The notes under the pieces are model-generated. The model worked only from the letters and a program-made list of their open reading frames with translations, ran no database searches and had not been told where the DNA came from. DNA of 64,000 nt from Octopus sinensis (lineage: Eukaryota): NCBI RefSeq assembly GCF_006345805.1, contig NC_043005.1, positions 81,716,001-81,780,000 on the forward strand. Reading direction: 5' to 3'. Positions 12,380 to 24,805 of this stretch are shown here, piece after piece; the stretch's first letter is position 1; the number at the start of each line of letters is the position of its first letter. The translations under genes were made by a program, and so were the position numbers.

Positions 12380-13110
12380 CTACTTTGCTTTAGCGTAGAC
12401 TATTATATACGGATTTTAATCTGGTTTGATCCGATTCTTTCTTCGCGCTGCCATATAACTTTAGGTCATCCATTGTTAAAAATATTATTAACTAGTTCTT
12501 AGTTTCCTCAGATTCTACTCAAATTTTATTGTTCTCAGTTGTAGATTGTAAGTAATGACAAATGATAGGGGAGACACATAGATATCAACCTGGCAAACTA
12601 AAAGCAAATGGTTGTAACCCGTGATTTTTTTTCCTTTCCGTAATTTATCATACTCATCCATAACAGTCCAGATTATTTTTCCTATAAGCCTCAGAAATAG
12701 TTGTGCTTTCAATATATGCTTTCTTCTAACTGATAAAACTAGTTTGCTACAAAACGCGTCCTCCACGTGCAATTGTTTCCTTACTCATTTGTCGATTCGA
12801 ATATATTATTTTGCTCCTATTTTCGTTGTTATCACCAGGAAGTAGATTATGTAATTGTAAGTGTTCCTAAGTCCTATCTGCAAGATTTCCTGATAATAAT
12901 TTCTATAGAATTGGTAAATAAGATTAGATCTCTTGGGTGCCAAAATATCTTTCTTTTTATCTTCTGTAAACATTGTCATGGTTTCACTCATCCAATGTGG
13001 GAAAATTTCACTTCAAAACAACATAAATTTCTTAGTCAAGAAACTCCTGGGTATGTTAGTATTTTGCTTCCAAACCATATGCATTCAAGCGGGTTTGAGT
13101 ACCTGGCAAT
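12380..13110 (-). mobile_element. Heavily decayed R4/Dong-clade reverse transcriptase remnant
   Basis: Minus-strand frames give, in order, GEIFPHWMSET, YLPIL*KLLSGNLADR.*EHL...LLP, SPLSFVI and LTMDDLKLYGSAKKE; weak endonuclease-like residue near 11700-11760. Confidence 0.7.
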
Positions 13111-13404
13111 TAAGCATTTTCAACCTTGACTTAGAATGAGCTCATTTCTCAGAGTTACGCGGGGGTGCTGAAGTTCCTGGCTTTGGATAAGAGAAAATAC
13201 CGGAGGATCAATTAATGATAATTTTATCCAACATATTGCACTCTACAATTCACACATTTATTGTAGCGGTCCTTCATATTTCCAAAGATCTCTAAAAGAA
13301 CTTGAAAGGTTAGTGTTCCAACCTGGCCTTTCGCAGTTCTCATACAACCAGAAACTTTCCAGCACCCACGCGTACTCTGAGGATCCAGTAAGCATATGAA
13401 ATAT

Positions 13405-13617
13405 CGATTTCAAATTTTGGTACAATGCCCGCAGTTTCGTGGGAAGGAATAAGCCGATTGTATCTACTCCAGTACTGAATTAGTACTTATATTATCGAGC
13501 CCGATAAGAGGAAAGGCAAAGTCGAACCCGGCGGCATTTTAACTCAGAATATATAGACAGATGAAATACCGCGAAGCATTTTGCTCAGGATTGTAAGATT
13601 CTGGCAGGTCGTCGCTG
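13405..13617 (-). mobile_element. SINE family B copy
   Basis: Matches gaaaggcaaagtcga..cggcgg.atttgaactcagaa and the head remnant. Confidence 0.8.
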
Positions 13618-13634
13618 TAAGCATATGAATTATT

Positions 13635-13790
13635 TTTCTACTTTAGACGCAAGGCCAGAATTCATTTTTTGTGGTGGTGGCAGTCGGTTAGAACGACACC
13701 AGTACGCAACAGGTATTTAATCTATCGACCCCAAAAGGATGAAAGACAAAGTCAACCTCGGTGGAATTTGAACTCAGAACGTAAAGACTG
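13635..13790 (-). mobile_element. SINE family B copy, head truncated
   Basis: atcgaccccaaaaggatgaaagacaaagtcaacctcggtggaatttgaactcagaacg. Confidence 0.8.
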
Positions 13791-13791
13791 T

Positions 13792-13863
13792 CCGTTCGTC
13801 GGGCACTTTTGTTAAAAACTAACAAAACTGTCCGACGAACGGGAACGTGAAACTCTGAGTAAC
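13792..13863. mobile_element. Palindromic MITE-like element, left arm truncated
   Basis: Right arm aactgtccgacgaacgggaacgtgaaactctgagta is nearly identical to 16173-16208. Confidence 0.75.
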
Positions 13864-13980
13864 AGCTTTAGTTGTATTTCTGCTGCTTTTATATAAAGTG
13901 TATATCTATATATATACAATTATAAACATACATGCGCACACTCATACACACTTCAATGATACAGACAGTCTACTCATTTA

Positions 13981-14178
13981 CTATTTTACTTGTGTCGGTC
14001 ATTTGGCAACGGCCATGCTGGAGCATCGCCTTTAGTCGAGAAAATCGACCCCAGGACTTCTTCTTTGTAAGCCTAGTACTTATTCTATTGGGATCTTTTG
14101 CCGAAGCGCTAAGTTACGGGGACGTAAAGACACCAGCATCGGTTTTCAAGCGATCTTGTGGGGACAAACACAGACACA

Positions 14179-14214
<36 letters not shown>

Positions 14215-14392
14215 AATATACATTCATACGACGGGCTTCTTTCAGTTTCCGTCTACCAAATCCACTTACATGGCTTTGGTCGTCCCGAGGCTTTAGTACA
14301 AGACACTTGCCCAAGGTGTCTCGCAGCGGGACTGAACCCGGAACCATGTGGTTGGTAAGCAAGCTACTTACCATATAACCACTCCTGCGCCT
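13981..14392 (-). mobile_element. tRNA-derived SINE family A, full length
   Basis: Minus strand aggcgcaggagtggttatatggtaag...ggttccgggttcagtcccg (tRNA-like head), ccttgggcaagtgtctt domain, internal (TG)n, tail ggcgatgctccagcatggcc. Confidence 0.9.
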
Positions 14393-15287
14393 AGTGTATA
14401 TACACATATTCCTACATGTGTGTGAGTATTTATGTATGTTTGTGTATACGCACCGGGATGAATAGGAAGATCTTATATCTTAAATATGGCTTCCTTACGA
14501 CAAACAATTATTTACATTTCAGGGTTTAACGACAATATTTATTAAGAGATTAGTATAACAGAAAGAGAGAAAGGGGGAGAGAGAGGTGAGAGGGAGAGAG
14601 AGTGAAGGAGGGAGTGAAGGTGAGATAGAGAGGGAGACGAGAAAGAGAATCAATGAGCTTAATAGAGAGGATCGAAAAAATATCATAGAAATCGAGAAGA
14701 GAGCAAAACATTAGAGATGGTTATTCACACGGAGAGAAAAAGAAAGAGGAGATCGAGGAAAAGAGAGAAATGTAAGAGAAGAATATCAAATGATGTTGGG
14801 GAAATAACTAAGCGACGACAGACACAGACTAAGAGGAAATAACAGCTGAATCAGTATTTCCTTTCAAAATCATATCAAACAATTTACTGAGTTCGATTAT
14901 CGATATCTGTCTACTTGCCAAATTGCTTTGAGAATACCATTCCATAAAGTACAAACAGAACTAGAAATTAACCAGAATATATGCTTTTTTATAGCATTTA
15001 TATTTATATTTTTATTTATTAATTTTTTTTTATTCATTCATTGCTTTGTAAAGTAAATCAAAGAAGAAGAAAGGAAAAGAACAGAAGAAATTAATATAAT
15101 GCTTATTCACTTACAAAAAAATAAAAACTGGAAAATTTTCGAGAGAATACGAATTATAATGCTATTTGAATTTGAACGTAAATTGAAGCATGTCTTTTAA
15201 TAACTTTACAAAGTTCTATCTAATTATTTTAAACTTATGTCTTTCGTTATTCCTTAACAATATTTGGAAAATACGCGGTTAGTCGGC

Positions 15288-15478
15288 TGAATCGTTAGCA
15301 CGTCTTGCAAGATGCTTAGCGGCATTTTGTCTGTCTTTACGTTCTGAGTTCAAATTCCGCTCAGATGGGCTTTGCCTTTCATCCTTCCTGGATCGACAAA
15401 CTAAGTACCAGTTAACCACTGGTGTCGTTGTAATCTCTCCTAAAATTTCTGGCCTAGTACCAAAATTTGAAATCAATT
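15288..15478 (+). mobile_element. SINE family B copy
   Basis: gaatcgttagcacg...tacgttctgagttcaaattccg...tttgcctttcatcc...aagtaccagtt. Confidence 0.85.
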
Positions 15479-16110
15479 TTTGGAAAATATAGTGTAACTA
15501 TATAAGAATGTTTAGATTCTAAAATGCTTTCAGTGAAGAGTGATGTTATATATTTTTAGTCTGGTATTGTATATTATTACGTATTGCGAATAAAGCGTCC
15601 GCTTTGTAGATATAAAAGCTATATCTACCAGAAACAAAACTCAGCGGTCTTAAAAGAGAAACTACAGTTTGTCAATGTGGTTCCAGATAAGCTATACCTA
15701 GAAACACATAAAGATCATTTGTGTCGAAATGTAAAACCTTTTACACATTAGTGTTCTCATATGTTACTTGAAATCTCGATATTTTATAGTAAACGTCAAT
15801 CCGGCTCTAAACACTAGGACACTACTATAACCAGTTTCTCACTAATATGCTGCAGTACGCATTGCTACATGCAAATGGTGTATCCTCTTTTTAGTAGTTG
15901 CAGTTATATCTACCTTAGGCGATATTCAACGCTCTTAAAATAGAAACGATAATATCATAACTTAGATATAGTATAATTGTAAATAATGGATTCCAGGCAA
16001 AGTCTAAATGGCGATGACTGGTTTCACGTTGAAGAGTAATAGAAATAAGATAATTATATATTGCTGCATTTTTAAATCATATATATATTGTTTATTATTA
16101 TCAAAAATAT

Positions 16111-16245
16111 CACAAAAATATCACGAAAATCTGCTACTCAGAGTTTCACGTTCGCGTTCCTCGGACTGTTTAAACTGTCCGATGAACGGGAACGTAAAAC
16201 TCTGAGTAGCTGGGGGGGGGGGGGAGGGGTTGTGATATTTTTGTG
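16111..16245. mobile_element. Palindromic MITE-like element
   Basis: 78-bp palindrome 16133-16210 (39-bp arms, 4 mismatches) centred on gtttaaac; outer inverted pair cacaaaaatatcac / gtgatatttttgtg. Confidence 0.8.
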
Positions 16246-16345
16246 CTGTTTTTGCAGCTCTGATAATGATAAAGAATGTTACTCTACCTCCGGTATTCGA
16301 GTACAATTTTTTCCCACATTGTTTCACATTGAAGTACTTACTTTG

Positions 16346-16416
<71 letters not shown>

Positions 16417-16601
16417 TATGTAGATACATAAGTTGTGTATTTATGACTACTACGTTTTAGGGCTCCACGGAGAGTATCATCTTGGTGTCGATCCGCATTT
16501 AGGTTGCAACTAAGAACACGCCTGCTAAATACAATACAAATAGCTACAGTGGCAACGAATGGTAGAGGTTGCATCTCGTGTTTACTTTGCTCTTTTTAAT
16601 T

Positions 16602-16634
<33 letters not shown>

Positions 16635-16670
16635 ATGTATGTATATACACGCACATATATATGCATATAC

Positions 16671-16713
<43 letters not shown>

Positions 16714-17409
16714 TATATATATACATACATACAAAGAGAGAGATTCCACAAGATCTCCCCAAGCCAGAAACAATTAAATATCATTCTAGTCCAATTAGGA
16801 CTATCAACGAGGACAATCATGCTCTACCAACATGTGAAATAATGCAAACAACAAAATCACTATAAGTCAAGGACCTGTTAACTATTTCAGAATGAAGGAC
16901 GACTCAGAATAGCAAAACCCCTAGGCATAAACGATTCACAGTAACTATCAGATGATCCATGTACAATTGAGAAATAACCATTAACATTAAAATACTTCGT
17001 TTATCTCACTCTTCTCCAGAGATCATCGGCGCCTTTCAGTAATCTGATTAGTAATTTTAAAGCATCCCAGACTACATTCTAGAATTATTATATTCCTTAT
17101 CTGTAAACAAGTTCCTGCTAACACTCTTCACCCACAGCATTAATACACATGATATTTCACATGTTTGCCATTTTCCTATATTTTTTAACTGGTTACCTTT
17201 GCTGTCTTTTCTTTTTGGCCAACTTGCCGCTTCTCTTCATCGAAGCAATTTCTATTGTTATACATACGGAAAAGTTTTAAAGTCATTCATCCACCTCAAA
17301 CATCAAATTAAATTCCTTCATCACTAACGATTTAGGTTAATGTCGCAGAGAAAAATCAAGAAAACTTCCCCTAACATCTTAAGGCATGCCTATCCCTCCA
17401 CCTCCTCCT

Positions 17410-17859
17410 CCTGTACATATTACTAGTACTACTACTACTACCACCGCCACCACCACCACTACTATTACTACTACCACCACCGCCACCACCACCACTACTA
17501 TTACTACTACTACTACTACTACCACCACCACCACCACCACCACTACTACTATTACTACTAATACCACCATCACCACCACCACCACTACTATTACTACTAC
17601 TACTACCACCACCACCACCACCACCACCACTATTACTACTACTATTACTACTAATACCACCACCACCACCACTACTGCTGCTGCTACTCCTATTACCACC
17701 ACCACCACTACTACTACTATTACCATCACCACCACCACCACCACTACTATTACTACTACTAATACCACCACCACTACTATTACTACTAATACCACCACCA
17801 CCACCACCACTACTACTCCTATTACCACCACCACCACTACTACTATTACCATCACCACC

Positions 17860-17903
<44 letters not shown>

Positions 17904-18003
17904 TACCACCACCATCACCACTACTTCTACTACTACTACCACCACCACCTCTACTATTACCACCATCACAATCACCACCACCTTCACCACTACTACTACT
18001 AGT
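17410..18003. repeat. Compound (ACT)n/(ACC)n trinucleotide array
   Basis: Directly visible; source of the poly-Thr, poly-Val and Gly/Ser ORFs. Confidence 0.95.
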
Positions 18004-19140
18004 TGTAGTTTTTTGCAACATTTATAAGATTTGCTTGTATTTAGACATTATTACAATGTTGTTACAATGGTTCCAAGTAAACTGAGAGGAATTTTCACGT
18101 CTAAATATGAAATACATTGTGAATGAGAGGAGTGAAATGTCCCAAGCAAACGGTATGAAAAGAACAGCGCCATCCATACACGCCTTGAATATACTGAAGT
18201 TAATACCGAAAGTAAACATCCTCACATGAATGGGGTTTGGTGTATATTAAAACCATATGTGATTAAAATATCGTCGGTGATGAAGATTTTTGTTTTTGTT
18301 TTTAAAATAACATTTTAATATAAACAGATTGGTCCCTGCTGTAGACACATATAAACTAATTGAATTTTAGAATCGATAAATGTCTCTGAATATTTCTCTT
18401 GAGTGAATGTATGGTCTTTTGATAAACGTTAAATATAGCGAAGTGGAATTGCACGTATTGATTGCAAGCTTTACTGATAGATGTAAACAAAGGAAACACA
18501 GTATGTTATTAAACATAGAGAGCGGAGGAAGACAGAGTGTGTGTCTGTGTGTCCGTATGTGTGGGGTGGGGGGATCTAGTATGAGAAATGTGTGTGTGTT
18601 TGTGTGTGTGTGTGTACTGTGTTTGCATATGTATAATAGTAGAAGGAAACAGACGTGCTGTGTTTTAATTGGCACCGAAAACTGAGCAATTAAAATACAG
18701 ACTCTCATATAGACGAACATGCACTATTGAAAATCAGACAAACATTGGGCGTGTTTACTTCATATTAAATGCTATGTTTTTGTTAGGTCGATGTTAATAT
18801 TTCGTATGAAGAAAAACAATATGTTGGCTGGACGAGTTAACAATCTGTTTACAGTTACATTACTACAGTGTTTCGACCGATCAAATTTTGTGTTTGAATC
18901 GCACAGGAATTGACCTAGCAGTTCATTAAACTAGGATATGCAATAAAGAAACAAGTTGAAATTGATTTACTCGAATATACTACTCTCTAACAAAGTTACT
19001 CTGCGTGGTGTTAGAGCAAATCAATTTATATGGAATATATGATAATTGAGAGGAAGTGGCACAGTTCATGATAAAAGGTGAGCAGTGCTGAGTTTATTGA
19101 CTGCTAAGTTTGGCTTTATATTTCCATTAAATGACTTATA

Positions 19141-19530
19141 ATATACTAGCACTATGACTCGGCAACGCCGAGTCATAGTGCTAGTGCATGCATATACAGC
19201 TGCGTGTGTGCGAACATACACGCGAGTACTGTCCAAATCTCCGACCAATCACATACAGCTAGCTGGCATTCAATTGGCGTATCAAGTTTCGGGAATTTTG
19301 ATTGGGTTTTGGATAGAAAATTCACAAAAAAGTCACTTCTATTGATTTTTTTTAATGGTGTTGCGGGGTGACTGGGGAAATGTAAAGATGGACACGACCA
19401 CCCTTGGACGGTTTTGAATGACCATAGTAAGTGCGAGCCCTCTAACTGAAAAATTGTGGATTTGTATAAAGGATACGCACGCACACACACACACACACAC
19501 ACACAGACATTTTGCCGTTTTTATATATAC
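19141..19530 (+). mobile_element. Non-autonomous Helitron-like (Lep1/DINE-1-style) element
   Basis: Starts atatACTAGC with a perfect 19-bp hairpin and ends in a (CA)n microsatellite followed by agacattttgccgtttttatata. This layout recalls Lep1/DINE-1; the family assignment is inferred. Confidence 0.5.
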
Positions 19531-21845
19531 ATTTAGATTAGGATGTTCATGAAATCGCCATGGCGATGTCATAAACCTCCTAATATGTTATATACAAAAC
19601 GATGAGATGCATATTCATTCGTAATACATTCCGGTAGATCCCCAGTCTTCTGAAATTCATTAGTCTGGTATAATATTGAAGACAGAAAGATGTTGAAACG
19701 TCAGAAGTCCAAACACTCCCCTACCGCGAGAAAATCAAGAGTGTGATGAAACACACCATCGTCTGAAAAGAAAAGATGTTGCCACTGTCGAAATGGAAGA
19801 ACGATTACTATACTTAGGTTCGAATCTGCCAGTAAGTAATAAGAATATATATGTGTGTCATCTTAAGCGGAAATAGGTAATAGAGATATCACCCAAACTA
19901 ATCTCATCGCTTTTGAAGTTCATGTTTTCCATGTTCAAACATAGCCTAATTTCAATCTAATTTCAATGTAAATGAGAGTTTCTTTAAAAATGAACCACGT
20001 GACTTGTAAACAAGATCTAATATTTTAGCAGAAAACGTTAGAGATATTAAACCCTTAGAATGATAGAGATAACGATATACGTTCTGTTCAAAATGCCTTA
20101 GGAGATGATGTTCGCTACTCATATTCCAAAGTTAATTAAGAAAAGAACGGAATGTTCCCGACAGATTAGGTTGGAACAGCTGTACTTTCTATATTTCCTT
20201 TTTTATTTCATATGACGAAAGTTTTCAATCATATTATTGAAAGAATTCGAATTTACTGAGACACATGATTATTTTTTTGAATTCATTTATTCCAGAAATA
20301 TTATTGCTAGTTAAAATTTCGGTTTTCATAATAATTATTGTTGGGTAGTAATGTTAAGAAACATCCATGTAACGTTTTAAACTCGAATCTCTGTGGAATA
20401 TGGGAATATAAGATATAAGATATACAACTAGATACATTTTGTTGTTTTACTCTTAGTGCATTTTTATATAGCACATTGACCTGATTACTATATGGACAGA
20501 GTGAGAAGGATGGCGCCTAAGAGATGATAGTTTTGAGGGGCCGCCGATTCTGTTGTGTAAAGTGGATCAAGTTATGTTCAATCTAGAGACCTAGCCCTGA
20601 TGATTGCAGAAGAGGGAACCTGGCTGAAGTCTCACACGTACTTGGTGTTTCTGTTGAATGATGACAGTTAAAGTTTACCAGGAAAATACTCAGGATGCAA
20701 ATTTTCAGAACAAATATTCCAAAGCAACTAATTCATCGTTATTACAAACCAAACCCGCACCTCACACCGGAAAGGTGCAATATTTCATCTTCCCAAAGAA
20801 TGAAATGCAACGTCAACCTCAGCGGTATTACGACTCTGACGGATATGTATGATAGATGAGAGAAGATTCACACAGTGTAGATTTTCGGTGCTAAAATGTT
20901 TTTTTAAACTACATGTAATATATATTTAACGAGGTTAACGGAATGAAATGCGTGGATTTCCCATGTGTCTTTCAAGAGTATTAGCGAAATAAGTGAAAAA
21001 ATATCAAATTGAAACATATTTGAAATTACTTTATAGGTTTCGTTCAGTAACAGTTTAGCTGTGCTTGTTGAAATGTTACCTTTATTTACTCCTGCTTATC
21101 AATAATTTGTAACAATTTTAAGGTAAATGGAATACGTGCATGGTTTCGGGCTAAAAGTATATGTATTTCCGGATTATATTTTAGTAACAGAGTTTTTACA
21201 AGTACAAAATATTTGCGTTAATCGAAAATGTTAAATATGTATCTGAAGTCAAACTGAATTATACTTGCTTCCTTTGCTAAAATTTCAAAGAATGTTTCTC
21301 CTTATTTCAAGGAAATACTTCCATAACACTACAACTACTCCATACTTGTCTTCATACACTCCTGTACATCGGCCCTAGAGGGAAGATGTACGGCAGAGCA
21401 CGCTATTCATTTCAACTAACAGCGTTATTGCCATTCAATGTGCACATAACCTGCTTTTCATCAAACCTCTTAAATATATTAGACCGCCAACTAAATGAGT
21501 TGCGTGTACAGTTCTTCATGCAAACGTGCACTTTGTAATTAGATCGCGCTCACATTTGCACAGAGTTATCATAGATATGTAGGAGTTCAGCCCGAACGAT
21601 AATTACTCAAACTTGGTAGTCGGGTATGTAGTGAGTGGGGAGAGCTATGTTTAAAAGCATGTTTTCCTTTTTCTAATGAAAGCAAAAGCAAGACCCGTGT
21701 CTTCCCACGTTCTTATTCGTTTATAGAATCTGCTCTTTTCTCCATTTATATGACACGCATTATATGACACGATATCATACACCCATCTTGGAAACAGTAG
21801 CTTTGCAGTTGTATAATACATATATGTGTATATATGTATATATAG

Positions 21846-21938
<93 letters not shown>

Positions 21939-21944
21939 TATAAA

Positions 21945-22100
21945 ATATTATTTGAGACAAAACCACTATTTTGCAAAACAAACAAGGAAAGACTTAATCA
22001 ATACATAAAATTTAATAAATAGTCAAAAAAACCGCCACTACAATCGTTTCTTGTCTTGATCGACAATCTTCAGGTGGACTTCCAATAATTCAGTTACAAA
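21945..22100 (-). mobile_element. Short microsatellite-embedded element carrying a hammerhead ribozyme
   Basis: ~155 bp of complex sequence between two TA/TG tracts; contains the 22035-22077 motif. Confidence 0.6.
22035..22077 (-). ncRNA. Minimal type I hammerhead ribozyme
   Basis: Minus strand CCAC CUGAAGA UUGUC GAUCAA GACAA GAAA C GAUU G UA GUGG: intact core, helix I CCAC/GUGG, helix II UUGUC/GACAA, GUA cleavage triplet. Confidence 0.8.
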
Positions 22101-23512
22101 TTATGAATATATGTGTGTGTATGTGTGTATGTATGTATGTTTTTGACTGTATGTGCGTATTTATATATATATATATATATATGTGTATGTATGTATATAT
22201 ATACATATATATGTGCACCTGTGTGTATGTATATGTGAATGTTTGTGGTCGTATGTGTGTATTCATATATATATATATGTATATACAGGTATGTGTGTGC
22301 TTGTGTGAGTGTGTGTGTGTGTGCGTGTGGTTATGTGTGTATACGTGTGTGCTGCATATAATATATAAAGTCGTTGCAAACAAGAGTAGGAAACAACATA
22401 CGTTATTGAGTAGTATCTGTGTAATGGCTGTAAATTGAATTTTTTTTTCTGTTTCTGTTACTGCTCTTGTTATTAATTCACTACAATAGAAATTGCTATT
22501 AAATACATGTGATAGGGGAAAAAAAACGTATGAATGTTATCGAAAAGAAGACAGTGAATTAATCCCAGACTAATTACTTTCAAATTACATACACTTAGAA
22601 TTAAAAGTAGATGAACAAAAACTATCTACTGCTTCGTAATTGACGTTGCATTAACGACATTGGTTTAAAATTACAATCTACGAGTATTCAGTTACATACT
22701 ATTTGTGTTAATTGTATATGTTGAATACGTAAGTCATAGCAAATCAAAATATATTAACGTAAGAGTCTTACAAAGTTGAGGTTATACATCAAACATCAAG
22801 CAACGTAAAATATATATTCGCGAATATCTAAGTTAGTATTATATATAAATAGATACTAATGTAGATACCGCAAAAACTATTTTTTTTTAAATTAGCATAT
22901 GTCTAATGTTCAGTATTTCAAAGTCGGTTTTATTGTTTTGTATAAACGAAGCACGAGGTAATATCAGCATCACACGTGATATTTCTTAATATACAGTGCT
23001 TGCTATAATTATTGCAGTTTTGTTGGTGTGTTTATTTATTTTATTTTCACGTAGTTCATACCTGACTGAAAAGAACTATGATCTTGTTAATACGAGGAGT
23101 GCCTCCACCGATTTGTTGCAGGCATAGGGTGTGTAGGATTCCTTTCGGCAACATGGCCCATTAAAATCTAAATATTTATGATGGATGAGCTAGGAGAGAA
23201 TGTTAGTGGCAGTCCCAAATCCCTATTCCGAAAGTAGTTTCAATTCCCTAGAACAGCTAAATACTTTGCGAGATGCATATTAGCTTCTAAATATGTTGCT
23301 GCGGCTGTGTCAAATTGGAAACCATTATGAATAGCGTAACAAATTCGGAAGAAACAAGGAATACAATTGAATTGCGTAAGAATTAAAAATTATTTTGTCG
23401 GCTTTTAGAGAAATAAAACACAATGTCAACTCCTGCAAATATTGAAGGCAATACTCAGATTTTAATGATTGTCACGACAGTACTGCATTCAAATCCCCAT
23501 TCTTCTGGACCT

Positions 23513-23725
23513 AAGGCGGTGATCTGGCAGAAACGTTAGCACGAAGAGCGAAATGCTTAGCGTAATTTCGCCTGTCTTCTAAATTCAAATTCCACTGAGG
23601 TCGACTTTGCCTTTCATCATTTTGGAATCAATAAATTAAGTACCAGTTGCGTACGGGGGTCGATTTAATCGACTGGCTCCTCCCCTAAAATTTCTGGCTT
23701 TGTACCTAGAGTAGAAAAGATTATT
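23513..23725 (+). mobile_element. SINE family B copy
   Basis: aaggcggtgatctggcagaaacgttagcacg...aaattcaaattccactgaggtcgactttgcctttcatc. Confidence 0.88.
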
Positions 23726-24301
23726 CTTCTGGTCCTCACATTGATAGCATGTCGGTATATTTCAAGTGAATGTTTAACGATAAGAAATCAAACCCAGTAT
23801 ATAATATATGTGTTATGCATCTATTTTATCGATTCTTGATCGATTACAAATTATATCGATTGAGGTGATAACTAAGAATCCTTAAAAATATGTTTGCTAT
23901 CTCTAACTGGCTCTTGGTGAGATTCATTTTAAACTTTTGGTCTGTTTAGCGCTCCTAAAATATCAAGCGAAATTCAGTCACACAAACCATGTTTCAATTT
24001 CTCCCCGTAGAATTGTTTCTATTTCATTTACAACACGGAATAAATAGTCTTTCCTTACAGAAAGTCTTTAAGATCAGTCTGAAACAATATAGTTTATGTA
24101 GAAATCGATGCGTCGGCTGAAAGACTGAAGAGAATTGGTCTGTTTATAACATCATTTGTATAAGATATGAGACTAACATTAAAATGCTTAATGTTCTCAG
24201 TTACTTTAGGAGGTTATCTAATCTGAAAGTTGCTGTGTATGCCTCCCTATGGTGTGAAATATCAATTAATTTTATTTCAATAATGTCAATGAAATGTATA
24301 C

Positions 24302-24370
<69 letters not shown>

Positions 24371-24654
24371 ATCATATAATACACGTAGGATTTAAATTGA
24401 ACTACTTGTTGGCTTCATGTTTCTGAAAATACAGTTGTCTGACAAGCTTGTGTAGTGTGAGGTATGAATTTATTAGTAGCTCGGATTTAAATTAATTGTA
24501 TATAAAGTGATATTCGTCTCACACTATGTTATCGCGAAAGGGACGGTAACACTTTAAGCAGTTATATGCCACTTCAAGCTGTAATATCAATCTTTCAATT
24601 TTGGGCACAAATTCAATAACTTTTATTGGTGAGGATAGCGAGTTGATCTGATCA

Positions 24655-24805
24655 TCTCTAGTACTCGACTTCCTCATTTCATTGACCGTGAAACGGATAA
24701 AGTAAAATCGATCTCGGAGGAAATAAAATTCAGAAGGTAAATATGGACGGAATGCCAGGACGCATTTTGTCCGGCATCCTAACGGTTCTACCAGCTCGCC
24801 ACCTT
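24655..24805 (-). mobile_element. SINE family B copy, decayed
   Basis: Ends ctaccagctcgccacctt, the reverse complement of the family head. Confidence 0.7.

Noticed and set aside
17371-18027. Three overlapping 200+ aa ORFs (mucin-like poly-Thr, poly-Val, Gly/Ser-rich)
   Set aside because: An (ACT/ACC)n array lacks stops in these frames by composition; no unique domain or supported splice structure.
20597-20645. CUGAUGA...CUGGCU GAAG as a hammerhead
   Set aside because: Helix II is poor, GAAG replaces GAAA and there is no helix I.
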